A stretch of 49,050 nt of DNA, filler included, from Streblomastix strix (GCA_008636045.1; 3 parts of 3 records of this genome joined end to end with filler, not necessarily neighbours in it); one strand, 5' to 3'; counted from the first letter of the whole stretch, positions 27,790-40,620 are shown. The notes: a model not told the origin generated them from the sequence alone. Translations and numbers: made by a program.

Positions 27790-30700
27790 GATGAATTTTG
27801 AAATTACTCTTCGCAATCACGGATATGTTGTATGAAATTTAATTTTTTGCTGTTATTTATTTGCATTGCATTTTATAATTATTTTCAATATATTATTAAG
27901 CCAATTCGCTTATTGGGTAAAGGAGCATTTGGATGGTTTATTAATTCTTTTTTAACAAATAAAAATAATATTTTTATATTGATATATTTTCTTTTATTTC
28001 ATAGTGTTTACCTTGTATATGACTATAGATAAGATTTTGGAAATTTTATAATAGCTGCCAAGTTAATAGCCCCAAAAAATTTTAATTAAAGGGAATGGGA
28101 GACATCAATGGACCTTTTTAAGTATAAACAATGTTTATTTCTCTTTGATTTCTGTCTTATTTATTTTTTCATATGAAATTATAACTAAAAGAGAAGGAAA
28201 GTCATGCCCATTTATTTTAAACTATTTAAAATACTATAATAAAGGGTTGTGGACAATAATAATGACCGATTACGCAAATTTAAAAGTATTAAAATAAATT
28301 ATTCATTCTGTTTATTTAATATATTTTTTAATTAAATTTAGACGCTTGAAATTATTGTAAAATAACCACATATTCCTCTTCCTTCTTTTGCACTTAGAGC
28401 ATTGATGAAGCAAATTCGTATGAAAAATTTTATTCTACTAACTATTTAATATTTATTTTATTTTATTCTTTATTTTCTTTTATTTAATTTAATTTTGTCT
28501 TCAGTTGTAGGAATGCAAGCTTTTCATGCAAATGGAATTATACATAGGCATTTTCATATGATTATTTAATAAATTATTATTATCTCAATATTAATATAGA
28601 GACATAAAATGTGATAATATCCTACTTCACAGTCCACCAGGTTCTGGTCGTGTTTATGTCAAGATTTCAGATTTTGGATTTGCAAAAAAAGAAGATTTAA
28701 TACATGAACAAACATATCTCGCTGGGTTTGATTATTTTTATTCTTTTTTTATATTTTTTTTTAAATTTATTTTATTTTCATTTTTTTATAGAACTCTTCC
28801 TTATATGGTACGAAAAAAAAATAATAATAAAATTTAAAGAGGAAATTAGAATATGATGAAAAATTAGATTTTTTATAGTTATTTTCTAATTTTTAAAATA
28901 TTCAATTTTATTTAGGCACCAGAAATATTCAAGAAACCGTTAATTGTAACATAGAAAGTTGATATATTTGCAATTGGTACTACATTCTACCATATTATAA
29001 CTCGCAGATATCCAGTGAATTGTGGTACACTTAAAGAATAATAAATGTTTGATTTTAATTATCTCTTTTATTTATTATTATTTATTATTATTTAAAATTT
29101 TTAATCTTAAAAAGAATGATGATCCAATTGAAAAATATTGAGTGACCAAAAGAAATTGAAGATAACACTTTGTGGGACCTTCTTTCATAACTGTTAGAGT
29201 TTGATCCAATTAAAAGGATTACTGCAGATAAAGCACTTCAACATCCATATTTCACATCACCAGAAGCAATTGCTGATATATCACCTGAATAATAAGATCT
29301 TGCATTATAAGCAATCCAGGATGAATTAGATGGAGATTAAAACATTACAAAATTTGATAAAGATTCTTCATTCATTGTTGTTGAATCTGTGATTAAAACA
29401 TTCTTGCCAATCGAAGTTCAATAAAATAAATAAATAAATAAAATATATTTAGAGTTATAAGATTAACAACCAGAAATTACCTATGGAAAATTAAATTTTC
29501 CTTCGGTTATTGAAATTAATGATAAACCCCAGTAAAAATAACCAGAATCGAAATCTCCATTATAATAGTCATCATTAATACAATAGTAGACATTATATGA
29601 ATAACCTGAATAGTAAAATGAATAAATAATGACATTTTAATCTCAATAATTATCTAAATATTCCGTATCATAATTAGAACAATCGTAATCTTAAAATTCA
29701 TCTTTTAATTTTGATTTATCATTATACAGTTATCATCATCAGACCTATCATTATAAATAATAAATTCAAGTTTCATTATCATATTTAGCTACAGAAGAAT
29801 AATTATAATTTGAAAGAGATTTATTAAACCCAAATATGACTTTGGTTGATATTAAAGAAAATTTGTATTAATTTTGTCAATTAACGTTCTAATAAAGAGA
29901 TATTATCTTCATTAATCTTTTTAAACATTTAAATCAAGATTAATAAAAAATTGATAAAATAATTGAAGTTGGAATTTTAGATTAAATATTAGAAATTTTA
30001 AATTAATTACCAATTAAATAATTTTTCAGAATCTATGCTTAAGTACTAGATATTATAATTGACATTAAAAAGAATGATGAATAAATGAAAGTTTACGTAT
30101 TTCAGATCCTGAATAAAATGAAAAAAGTATTCGATAATAGAGAGCTTTATGATGAACAATTTATTGCAATGGATACAATTATGCGAATATGCTTATAATA
30201 TGCATAAATGCAACAAAATGGCTGTCCATTATTAATTAGAGATGAATTAATAAAAGATGGAACCGTCAATTTCCTTGTAGAATTAATATTAAATGAATAA
30301 TACAAATTTAAATTTATTTAAGGCTAAGCAGCTGCATCATTAGGTATGATTTATAAAGCAACAAACCTGTAAGAATTCTGGGGACCTTAATTCATTAAGT
30401 TTCTTAAATATCAAGGAACATCTTCTGATTCTATTCCTAATGGTGCTCTTTATCTTGGACTTGAATTTATTTCTCAATGCAGATGTTTGAAATATAAATG
30501 AAATATTAAATTTCATTAATAATATTATATATATATATATTCATTTATTTTCCTTAATATATTTTATTGTATATCATCCATTAGAGAACCATGAAATGAT
30601 ATTAGCAGATGAATATCTTGATGTATTAAAGAAGAATTTGAAAGATAAACGAAGAGTATTTTTAAAAAATACGCTGCAGTTACTAAATACATTATTTTAA

Positions 30701-31537
30701 TTTGGATCATCTAACACATAATAATAAATCAATAATAAAATATTAATTAATGATATTTTATTATTAATAAATAATAAAGATTAATCCATTTCAGACTATG
30801 CTATTAGTCTTATGAGAAAGATTATTGTTTCAATTGGATATCTGAATAATGAGGACGTCAATGCAGATTAATTAATTGAAGAACAATTTCATGTAAATAT
30901 TCTTCCAATCATACACTTGAATTGTAAATGCCCATTTAATATCACATTTCACAATCAGTAATCAATCTATTCATTAATATCAGCAGTGCTCTATACTCTT
31001 TCTCGGATATTTGAGAGATTAGATGAATAATAGATTAATGAATTAAACGATAACAACCATATTCTCAATCATATAATTTGTTATATTGAATAATATACTA
31101 CTACTAATTATAATAATTAGAGTACTGCTAACTTATCATCATTTTTTTCACAATCTTTAATTGAATCTAATTCACTTCAAGAGAGTTAAAGTCCTTTAGA
31201 TATTTTATGTAATGGATTGAATCTTCTCACTGCAATGATTTCAAAATCTAAATAAATCACATAATAAATTATGCATGAATTCAATAATCTTTCGTCTTTG
31301 ATAAGCTGTAGTGGTGGGAGCTATAATAATTTTGATAAAATAACAGAAATTTCAGTTAAATGTCTTGTATCATTTGTTAATAATGAAACAAATAATTAAT
31401 ATTCGGATTTATTAAAAGAGAAAATAGAATAAGAAGGAATCAATGAAGAAAATGAAAATTTGTTATTTTAATAAGATTAAAGAAAATCTCTTGGAGTTAT
31501 TGAACTTGCAAATATATTAAAAGATAAATTAAAATGA
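27790..31537 (+). CDS. Ser/Thr protein kinase with C-terminal helical (ARM-like) region; one in-frame TGA, possible pseudogene
   Basis: Spliced product: LLGKGAFGCVYL, IAAKLI, IIHRDIKCDNILL, VKISDFGFAK, GTLPYMAPE, KVDIFAIG, LLEFDPIKRITADKALQHPYF. About ten introns. Internal TGA at 29143-29145, terminal TGA at 31535-31537. Confidence 0.88.
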
Positions 31538-31681
31538 TGGAAATTTGTTTAAAGTCATTTGTATATTTAAATTAATTAATATAGTAATGCAATATTAAAA
31601 GATTTATAAGACCTTGAAAATTTTATTTTCATTTGAAAAATATAAATTTCTTTTTTCGCCAAATACTCGCGGCCAAGAGCG

Positions 31682-32671
31682 ATGCTATTGTTGGCAGTTA
31701 CTTTGTTCTGTTCATTTATTCTAGGAGACACTTAATATAACAGTGCTGCACACTGGTCTTTTTCTAATGAGGGTGAAAAACAGGAAATTACTGAAATTGC
31801 CGATGAACTCGACGCAACCGAGCTATAGAAAAAAATTAGTACTGCTCTTTTCAACAAAAGCTTGATATAGCCAGTTTTACTCTTTGTTGAGAAATCAGTA
31901 TGTTCTATTATCATGAAAATACTGATTTCTTTTTATATTTTTAATTTTTCATTTTTTTTACTTCACGCAACCAAGATTCCAACAGACTTGGTTGAAAATG
32001 AAGCATTAAAAGTGTGTGAATTATTTTATTATACATATTTTATTATTTGTTTGTTATTTACAGACAATTAGCAGCTCCAGCAAGTCTGGTGAAATCTACA
32101 CGTAAATTAAGAGAAACTAGTACTCAAAGCCATTCACAACAGTATTTTAAGATACAAAGAAAGAGCTTGACGATCCATCATCACCTGCAAAAGAAGTTAA
32201 ACTGTTTTGCACAGATGTTGCTGGGTTCACATGTAATTTACTTGCAAAACGACTTTCATTAGAATAACAAAGCATTTCAATTTTAAAAGGTGACATTCCT
32301 GACCCTTAGCCAACTCCAAAAGAGGATCCTGAAGAAAAGAAAGATGAACCAACTCCTGAAGAACCACCAAAAGATGAACCAACTCCTGAAGAACCACCAA
32401 AAGATGAACCAATTCCTGAAGAACTACCAAAAGATGATCCAATTCCTGAAGAACCACCAAAAGATGAACCAATTCCTGAAGAACCACCAAAAGATGAACC
32501 AACTCCTGAAGAACCACCAAAAGATGAACCAATTCCTGAAGAACCACCAAAAGATGAACCAATTCCTGAAGAACCACCAAAAGATGAACCAATTCTAAAG
32601 AACAATAACGAAGATAGCAACAAGGAATATTAGAATCATGAGAAGACCTAATAAAATAAATAAAATAAAGT
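31682..32671 (+). CDS. Secreted/surface protein with signal peptide and KDEP(I/T)PEEPP repeats, 3'-partial
   Basis: Starts MLLLAVTLFCSFILG, has two GT-AG introns, and the frame runs through the repeat to the contig end. Confidence 0.75.
32341..32595 (+). repeat. 30-bp coding minisatellite, about 8.5 copies
   Basis: AAGATGAACCAA(C/T)TCCTGAAGAACCACCAA repeated in tandem. Confidence 0.97.
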
Positions 32672-32771
32672 NNNNNNNNNNNNNNNNNNNNNNNNNNNNN
32701 NNNNNNNNNNNNNNNTTAATTAATTAANNNNNNNNNNNNNNNNNNNNNNNNNNNNNNNNNNNNNNNNNNNN
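32672..32771. other. Artificial contig linker
   Basis: N44 + TTAATTAATTAA + N44. Confidence 0.97.
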
Positions 32772-34220
32772 AAAATTCGACTGCCATCAGATTCCTACAT
32801 AAGGAACTTCATCACAATACATCAAATTTCATTTGTATCAACATCACGAATGGATTTTGGAAGACTAGATGCTTATTGCAGAAGCAATGTCAGAAAGTGA
32901 TTCAATACTATCTATTCTGCTGGTCTTCTGAAGGGAGTACGAGATAGAGGAATTTTAATATGAATGAAACCTCACTCTCATATTAAGGTAAATAAAGAAT
33001 CGCCAAAATAACAGGATCAGTTAGATCGCCATAAATGTGGAAATAATCTTTGGATTAGCAAATAGCATTCTGCCCAACTATTTCTCCAGGTTCTCGCTTT
33101 CAACCTTCGCATATAATAATTGGAGGACTGATTAAAGTCCCTGCAGATATCTAAGTGCTTTAGCCGTTAGATGTGGGTGTCTTCAGATCGTTTAAAGCAT
33201 ATTACGGCAAATAATTAAATTAAAGACTTGAAGAGCTTTTAAAGTAACAAAGCAAAGCAAGCATTTCGTAAATTGAAGCAAAGATAAAAAAAATTCATTC
33301 AAGAAAACCGGAACTTACCCTAGGTATGTGGAAGCTGCCATAAATAGTAACTTAGTGTTAGATGATGATAGAAAATCAAAGTATGCAAATGGAATACTCC
33401 CTTCAAAATATCAGGCATCTAATAAAATTATTGCAGGGCCAGTTAAAAGGAAAAGAGAGAAAGATTCGGATATTGATTAAGAATATAAAAATCTCTCTAT
33501 TAATTCAAAAGAATAAAAGAAATTAAATTAACAGAAATAGAAAATTGAAAATCAAAACCTACGTAAAAGAAGAAGAATTGATTTATAACAGATTAAAGTT
33601 CCATAATTGCTTAAAGAGAATATTGAAGAATTAAAAAGAAAGATATGTATGAAAAATTAAGAAAATATGAAAAAAAAAGTAGAAATTGTTGATAATTTAT
33701 TAACTTTGAGAGATGAAATGGAATAAACTGGAGGAACTGTCAGTGATAAAAGAGGAAATGGCAACTGTTTCTTCTTGTATGAAAATTAATATTATTGTTA
33801 TGAAATATTAAAATATATTTATAAATTTATAATTTGTATACATTAATTTTAATAAAATATTAATATTCAGTGCGATTGTTGACAAATTGCGCAGAATTGG
33901 AGTTTCTTCCTCATAGATAAGACAATAGGTTTGTGCATATTTGATAAAGAACAGAAAAAGATATCTGCCTTTCTTCGATGAGATCGAAACATTCGACAAT
34001 TACGTGTAAAGGATTAATATTATTGCGTTAATGGTTTTTTAAATTTCATACGTCTTTTCAGACATTAATTTCCTTCAAAATACAGTAGTTGTTTACATCT
34101 TATGAAGTTTTAATCTTCAAATAGTTAATTTAATCAAAATAAAAACAACAAAAAATTGTTTTCTAACCTATATTAATTAGTACTTATCAATGATGTTCAC
34201 TTTTCGAAATTAAAATATTT
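32772..34220 (+). mobile_element. Decayed pogo-like (DDE_1) transposase with C-terminal OTU-like protease domain
   Basis: Transposase motifs NMNETSL, DVGVFRSFKAYY and SFKKTGTYP. The last is in frame with RGNGNCFF(intron 33777-33870)FAIVDKL...IRQQVCAYLIKNRKRYLPFF...FDNYVQRI. LVLINDVHF follows near 34200. Confidence 0.8.
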
Positions 34221-34924
34221 ATTAATTTAATTTAAATAAATAAATATAGCTTACTCTGTTTAAAAATGGTTGGAAAACAAATTTGGGAAATTTTCAGCTC
34301 AAATTAAAATGTAAACAAATTTTTAAAAAAATCTTGATTAGTATCTGTTCAGCAAAATAAAATTATTTTATCAAATAAGCATTTTTTAAACTATTTATTT
34401 AATTATTTATTAAAAATTTTTCCAAAAAAAGTTTAAATGAAACTCATCCAAAGAGGCATAAATAGGCAAAAATTTTTAAATATTTAAATACGAATTATAT
34501 ATTTTTTTCTTTTTTATTATTAAAATTCCCTATGAGAAAATTTGAATGTAAAATTCTGAATTAAATTAATTGAACTCATTCATAGTTGAGTAATAGAAAA
34601 GAAATGTATAAAAAAATTTTAAAAAATTTACAAATTAATTTAGAAAATTAATTCTATAAATAAAAATTATAAAGAAATTAAATAGAAATTATTTAAATGA
34701 AAGTATGAATTTTAATAATCTATCTGATATTAATTATAAATTTCATAAATATATATAATAAATTAAAATCAATATTTTATTATTTTAAAATTTAATTAAA
34801 AAATTATATAATTAATAATTATTTAATAGTGTGATAATAACTCGTAAAGATAAATTTTCGAATAAATATCAAAATCATCAAATTAATTTTTAAAATCGCA
34901 CTTGTATTGAATAGAATTTTGAAT

Positions 34925-36587
34925 TAACACGCAAACAAATCTTCATAACTTCCAAAGTATATTGATTTAAATATAATATTTTAATTCATAGTTTATCATC
35001 TGCAGATAACAAATCTGATGAATAATATACAGTTATTTCGGATCTTAAAGAAGATACTAATTAGATATCACGATGGTCTGTTATGCGGGCAGAAACAGCA
35101 TCAAAAGAGCGCTGTGAATCACATCGCAATGGATGACCTCTATATATTACAGACCGTCAGAAAGATTTTCTTTTGTTCTCTTATTTAAATTTTTTTTCAT
35201 ATTTAAAAATAAATAATTTTTTTTTGAAAATCTTCCTGATTATCATTTTGGTTAGTAAAATCCTTTCTTTTCACTTTAATGCATATTTCATCATTATTCA
35301 TCCAACATGAAACTAGAAGCGCAAAACTTGCATCATGTCCTTTTATAATTCGTTTGTTTGGATATAAGTTTATCTTTATCATCATTTATATATTCACTTC
35401 TCTTTTTGGGGACCAAGGACAAAGACCGGTACATTCAAATGATGACTTTCGATTTGATAAAGTTGTGACTTCCTAATATGCATCAATTGAACATAGAATA
35501 ATCTTCATTTTCTTTTCATCGGCTGTAAATGAAATTTTCCATCCTTCTTATATATTTAACTACTTCATCTCGTTTTATTTTTCTAAAAATTTTATATTAA
35601 TAAGCTTTGCTTTGAATTTTTTTCGCCACTATCTTTTAATAACTCTATCATTTGGTTGTAAAACATGTGTTAATCCTCCTGGAAATATAACACAAGTTAT
35701 TCCTGCATTTTGAAGGTTTTATTATGCAGTTTTATTGTTTCTGGTCCAGTGTCTGTCTAGAAAAAATAGTATCGGTTCTCTGTATTCGTAGTATCCAGAC
35801 TTACGAAGGAAAATTACCCATGCTTCTAAATTTCTGATAAAGATGACGGAACTTTAGTTAATGTGCTTATGATGAAAAATAGCGGAGGTAACTCTTTTCC
35901 AGGAGATACGGTCATAATCATTGAAATTTTATTAGAATCTCCAGTAGAAACAGAAGCTATTCATTTATTTGTTCCTGACTTTGCAAGAAGAACTTCAGAA
36001 TCTAAGTTTACTGCTACTTCATCACCATTGAATATTGCCCGGTCGCGGAATTGGTAGGAGTTTCTTTCAGTAAAATTCAATCTGAACCATGCTCTTATAT
36101 TGGATGTAAAGCTAACCATTCACTTATTTTCGTCAATCTAGCTTTCCTTACCAAATTTGATATTATGAATTTTACAGAACAATGGGACATATGCTTCAGA
36201 TGGATATTTGACATCTTATGAAAAATTTTTTATCACAGGTAGGAACTAGAGTGAAATCGCGACACCTTTACAATACTCCTATAAGACAGATTTTGCTTCA
36301 TGCAACATATTAGAAACTTCGATTCTTGAAGGGGAGGCATTCTAGGCTTCTATTTGATGGATTTCAGCAGCAATTTTGTCAAACATCACTTTTAGTAAAG
36401 ATGATTCATGTCTCCTTCCGTTTCCACCTTTGTAAGGTATGTCCATTAAGTAGCAATAAATCATTGTGTACAAAACTTATGTAGTCACGCTAAGGTCATC
36501 GGAAATTCGCTTTATTTGCCCAGGAAATAAAAACGCAGCTTCTACGACTTTGTCGAACAATGTTGGCTAAATTCTCACTTCGAACAT
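34925..36587 (-). mobile_element. Decayed pogo-like (DDE_1) transposase with OTU-like remnant
   Basis: ATG at 36587. Motifs IFNGDE, ILFFLDRH, FPGGLTHVLQPND and SSFECTGLCPW, with several TGAs and frameshifts. Downstream DSQRSFDAVS...LRSEI...FGSYEDLFA. Confidence 0.85.
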
Positions 36588-36691
36588 AGTACTGATAGAT
36601 CTAGATTCTAAAAATAAAAAGCAGTACTAATTTTTTTTCAGTTATGGGTTTATATTAAAATTATGGCTTTTTGAGCTAACGATATTAAGAC

Positions 36692-36719
36692 ACAAGAAAA
36701 CACGTCGCTTAGTTTCCGA
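36692..36719 (-). repeat. 28-bp dispersed motif upstream of transposase (candidate terminal or subterminal repeat)
   Basis: Reverse complement TCGGAAACTAAGCGACGTGTTTTCTTGT versus TCGGAAGCGAAGCGACGTGTTTTCTTGT at 1149-1176. Confidence 0.65.
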
Positions 36720-37924
36720 TCCTAAGTTGATATTAAAAAAATTAATTTTACATTTATTTTAGAGTTTAAAATTTTATTTATTGGAATATTTATAGTAAAA
36801 AACAAGAAAGGTTGGATGATGAAATAAATTTTTCGTTATCTAATGAAATATACATAGGGTTATTTCAAAATATAGTATTAAGAAAAATACAAAGTACTTT
36901 TATTAATTTCGATTTTACGAATGAATAAAGTTTGTTTAAGAAAAAAATTTAATTGCATCAAATATATTTTTTATAAGGTAATAAAATAAAATTCAAATCA
37001 TATATATAATAGATGTTTAGTGCGATTTTATTGGAACTTTTAAACTAAAAGATTCATAAAAATAGTCACGACATTGTTAAATAAATCAAAGACAAAAATT
37101 TTACTAATATAAAAATAAAGTATACATTTTCCATATATTGATTTTCATATCAGTTCAAATAAAAAAAATTATTTGGTTGAGAAAAAAGAAAAATAAAAAT
37201 CTTAAAAAATTGAGTAAAAAGTCTGAATGTGTTTATTGAGTAAAATTGATAAAAGTGTGTAATAAAATAAAGTACTGCCATAGAATATAAATGGATTGCG
37301 ATAAACATAAAAAGATTGGCAGAGCTAGTTTAAGTGAAATATGCAGGTTTATTAAAATAAATTTCATCGCAGCAATTTAAGCCATCATATAAAATTAATA
37401 GTTATAAATTATGTAATTGGGCTTAGAATTTATATTAAAATATTATAATTCGAAAATTAAAATAAAAATCTAAAATATGTACTAAAAACAAGAAATATTG
37501 AATCTGCGGTTGTGGCTCGTAAATTATTTGAAATAATAAAAAAATGTATTAATTGTCATAAATGAATTCAAAAAAGATTAAATTACAATTAAAAAGAATC
37601 TACGGTCTGATTTTTTCAAATTCTTAACAAAACGAATTTAATACGCGTTTGGAATATGTTCTACTGAAGTTGACATTATTCCACTAGCATCTTCGTAACT
37701 TATAACTTCTTCTATTACTGCGTTTTGTGTCGCAGCTGACGTTTCAAAGCTACCAACTGCATTATTCATGTTGAAAACTCTAGATTTATAATACGTGCAT
37801 AAATATACATCGGATAGTATGATACCGGTTTGAAATAATAAAACCTGCATAGGTAGAAATATTTGGAATCATTGAATCAAACTAATTAAACTTAATTAAG
37901 TTTCATGATATTTTATTTTCAGAA

Positions 37925-38413
37925 CTGTCATAGATCGCATTTGTGAATAGAAGTTTATGCTTCAAAATTTTGTTAAGATGTTTGGGAATATAACGCACAA
38001 GTTGGAATTGATGTCTTAGTCGCACCATCACACATCACACATTTGGTTCAAGCTCTCGACAACGGATCAAACGCAGTATATAAATAGGATTTGAAAAGCA
38101 CTTTCTTCTTCCTACTAGAAAATAAGATATAGTAATGGAGATTAAACCATTCATTCAATCTGTGGAAAATGTTATTTAAAGAATACCAATCGTAATGATG
38201 ATAAAAGCCGAATTTAGTGATTCTTCTACAATACCTTACAATAGACAGTTAGTATTCTCAAAAATCCCAAAAATTCCTCCAAAGTTCGCTGTTGAGACTT
38301 TTTAAAAGAAGAAACAAAGACAAAAAGAAAATGCCAACGAAAGAAATTAGCAAAAGAATAGAAATGAAAAAAATCAAAATCTATCAAATAAACGTAAAAA
38401 TCAAAGAATTTGA
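37925..38413 (+). mobile_element. Fragment of a third pogo-like DDE transposase
   Basis: VGIDVLVAPSHITHLVQALDNGSNAVYK fits the PxHxTHxxQxLD motif and is followed by a Lys-rich tail. Confidence 0.7.
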
Positions 38414-39959
38414 TAATAAAATTGAAAGATTAATTAACTATTAAATAAATTTTCTTAAAAAATGGAAATAATTTGAAGAATGCTAGCCAAAATATAATCT
38501 TGAAAGAGAAATGTAAAGCTCTTTTTAAATATATCCAAAATCAATTAAATATATTGAACAAAAAAAATTAAATTAAAATTTTAATATTATTAATAGAATC
38601 AAATTAAATATAAAAAAATAAATAAAAAGATATATCGATAAAAAATGAAAAAACCAAAAATATTTTGAATCAAAAAGACATCAAAAAACCCAATAGGTTA
38701 GAATGGTAATTGCAAGAAAAGCTATACGTGAAATTTGAGTTAAATTTTCATTCGAATGCAGATAATTCTTCTTATCAGAGTATCACAACAAATAGCTTAT
38801 CGCATATTGCGAAAAGATGCTGAAGGAATTCACTTAGTGGGAACGTATTCTATATAATGGTAAGAAGCGTTTAAATTGAACATTTCAAACAGGCTACTAA
38901 TAGATGGAACAGTATTGAATTTGAATGAATTATCGTATTTCTAATTTCTTTTTATAATTTTTTTCTTTCTCACATTCAGTAATTATTATATTTTCTTAAT
39001 AATAAATACACAAAATGTACTTTCTGAAGTTCTTTTTTTCTTGCAGAGTTCGGAATAACTTAATTCTTCTTTATTTACTCTAAATTCCATCTATAAATTA
39101 ATATTCTTTTTGATATTTCGTCTACATTTATAATTATCACTTTTCTACTATAAAAATGTACTTGTTTCTTTCTATCGAATTGTGATAATTACATCTTCTT
39201 TAGATTCTTCATTCATTCGAGGATGCTTATTTTCATGAACTGTATAAATAAAATTAATTAATAAATTTTTCATTTTGTACATAAAATACTAATTTAATAA
39301 AACTTAATAAATCAGGATCTATCTCTTTTTCAAAATTAAGCCATAGCTAGATGTTGGAAATTGACTGTTCTAAAATAAATAAATAATAAAAAATATTTAA
39401 ATTTTTATTAAAGTAAATGTTTAAGTAAATTATAAAAATTTAATTATTTAAAATTTTTTAAATTAAAGATATTAAATATAATTAGAGTCATTTTCGCTAT
39501 TACTTTTAAATCTAAATGAATTAATTTTACTTTCATAATTTTGTCATATATGAGTAAATTAAAAAATTATATTATTTATAACTGTTTAATAAACAATTAT
39601 TAATTAATTTTATAAATATTTATTTTTAAATTAAATTTTTTCTATTTAAAATTTTAAATTTATTCATTTGATTGATTGTTTTAGTTTTAATCCTTATAAC
39701 AATGAAATTGATTCGAGTTTGATTTAATTAGAAACTTAATCACTTATATGTTCCAATACTTCTAAGGAAAAAAAATATTAAACCAATTATTAAAAAAAAT
39801 ATTTAAATTATTTAAAAAAAAATATTTTAAAATTTAAATTTTTCTATTTTTTAATGAAAAATTATTTGTTTTATTTATGAAATGATTGAAAATTTATACA
39901 TTTTTTGAATTACTTTTTGAGTATATATATATCCTTCTGTTTTTTTATTATTTTCTGGG

Positions 39960-40620
39960 GAAAATCTAATCTCTACATAAATCCAATCAGACTGTGTTTC
40001 TTTGTGATGTGAACTCTCGTTGAATTTGGAACTGAATCAAAGCTTCCAAGTAGTCATACAGAAGTAGTTTCAAAATGAAGAAATCTTGTTGAGTCTGTAA
40101 TATTGTATCGTGTTGCTGCAGCGAATCCTGGTAGACGAGAGTATTCAATGAAAGTGCGCCGGTATGGAGATCCATTTTTTTTGTTGGACGAGAAATGAGA
40201 TAGCAAAGCTTTATATCAACTCATTGATTGTTCTGATCGATTCAGATCGTATTTTTGAATTAAGATATGTAGATACCAACCCAAAAAAATGCATCGAACA
40301 AGTTTTTGCCACGTTATTCGTAAAAATAGTTCATATCTTAAAACTGCTCCACTATCACTCCAAGTGTGTACGATCTTTGATGATATTAGTGGTTCCTGTT
40401 AGAATATGTAAAAGATGCAATCTATAACTGTGATGAATTCCTTTTTAAGCATTTTATTTAAATAAGGAATGTATTATTTTTCAATTCTTTCACTTCCTTT
40501 TCTTCTATGCAGAATTATTGCAATGAACTTATGAATTTGTTTTTTTGAATAAAAATCTTAATAAACTTATTATTATTCTGGTGGAATCGTTTAGTCTTGT
40601 TTGAAATCTTGTACTTATAT
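39960..40620 (-). mobile_element. Decayed DDD/E transposase fragment, Sola-like
   Basis: IVHTWSDSG (about 40348-40374), then after a frameshift RGKNLFDAFFG (40280-40313). These resemble the WSDxx and HGKxxxDxxxG motifs. Confidence 0.5.

Noticed and set aside
32341..32595. CRISPR array, or the VHLLVVLQEL / GSSFGGSSG repeat ORFs in the ORF track
   Set aside because: There are no spacers. Those ORFs are off-frame or antisense shadows of the KDEPIPEEPP coding repeat.
3734..36122. TGA reassigned as a sense codon (all three stops recoded)
   Set aside because: Internal TGAs fall at expected Gly (3734), Arg (29143) and Trp (32898) sites and mostly in decayed elements. I saw none in the CDKL kinase domain or DCX exons, and genes end in TGA.
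37638..37850. Minus-strand 70-aa ORF as a gene
   Set aside because: An isolated fragment among transposon debris with no identifiable family.
39000..39370. Minus-strand exon-like fragments (QLWLNFEKEIDPDLL, HENKHPRM)
   Set aside because: Possibly a decayed gene, but no start, stop or family could be supported.
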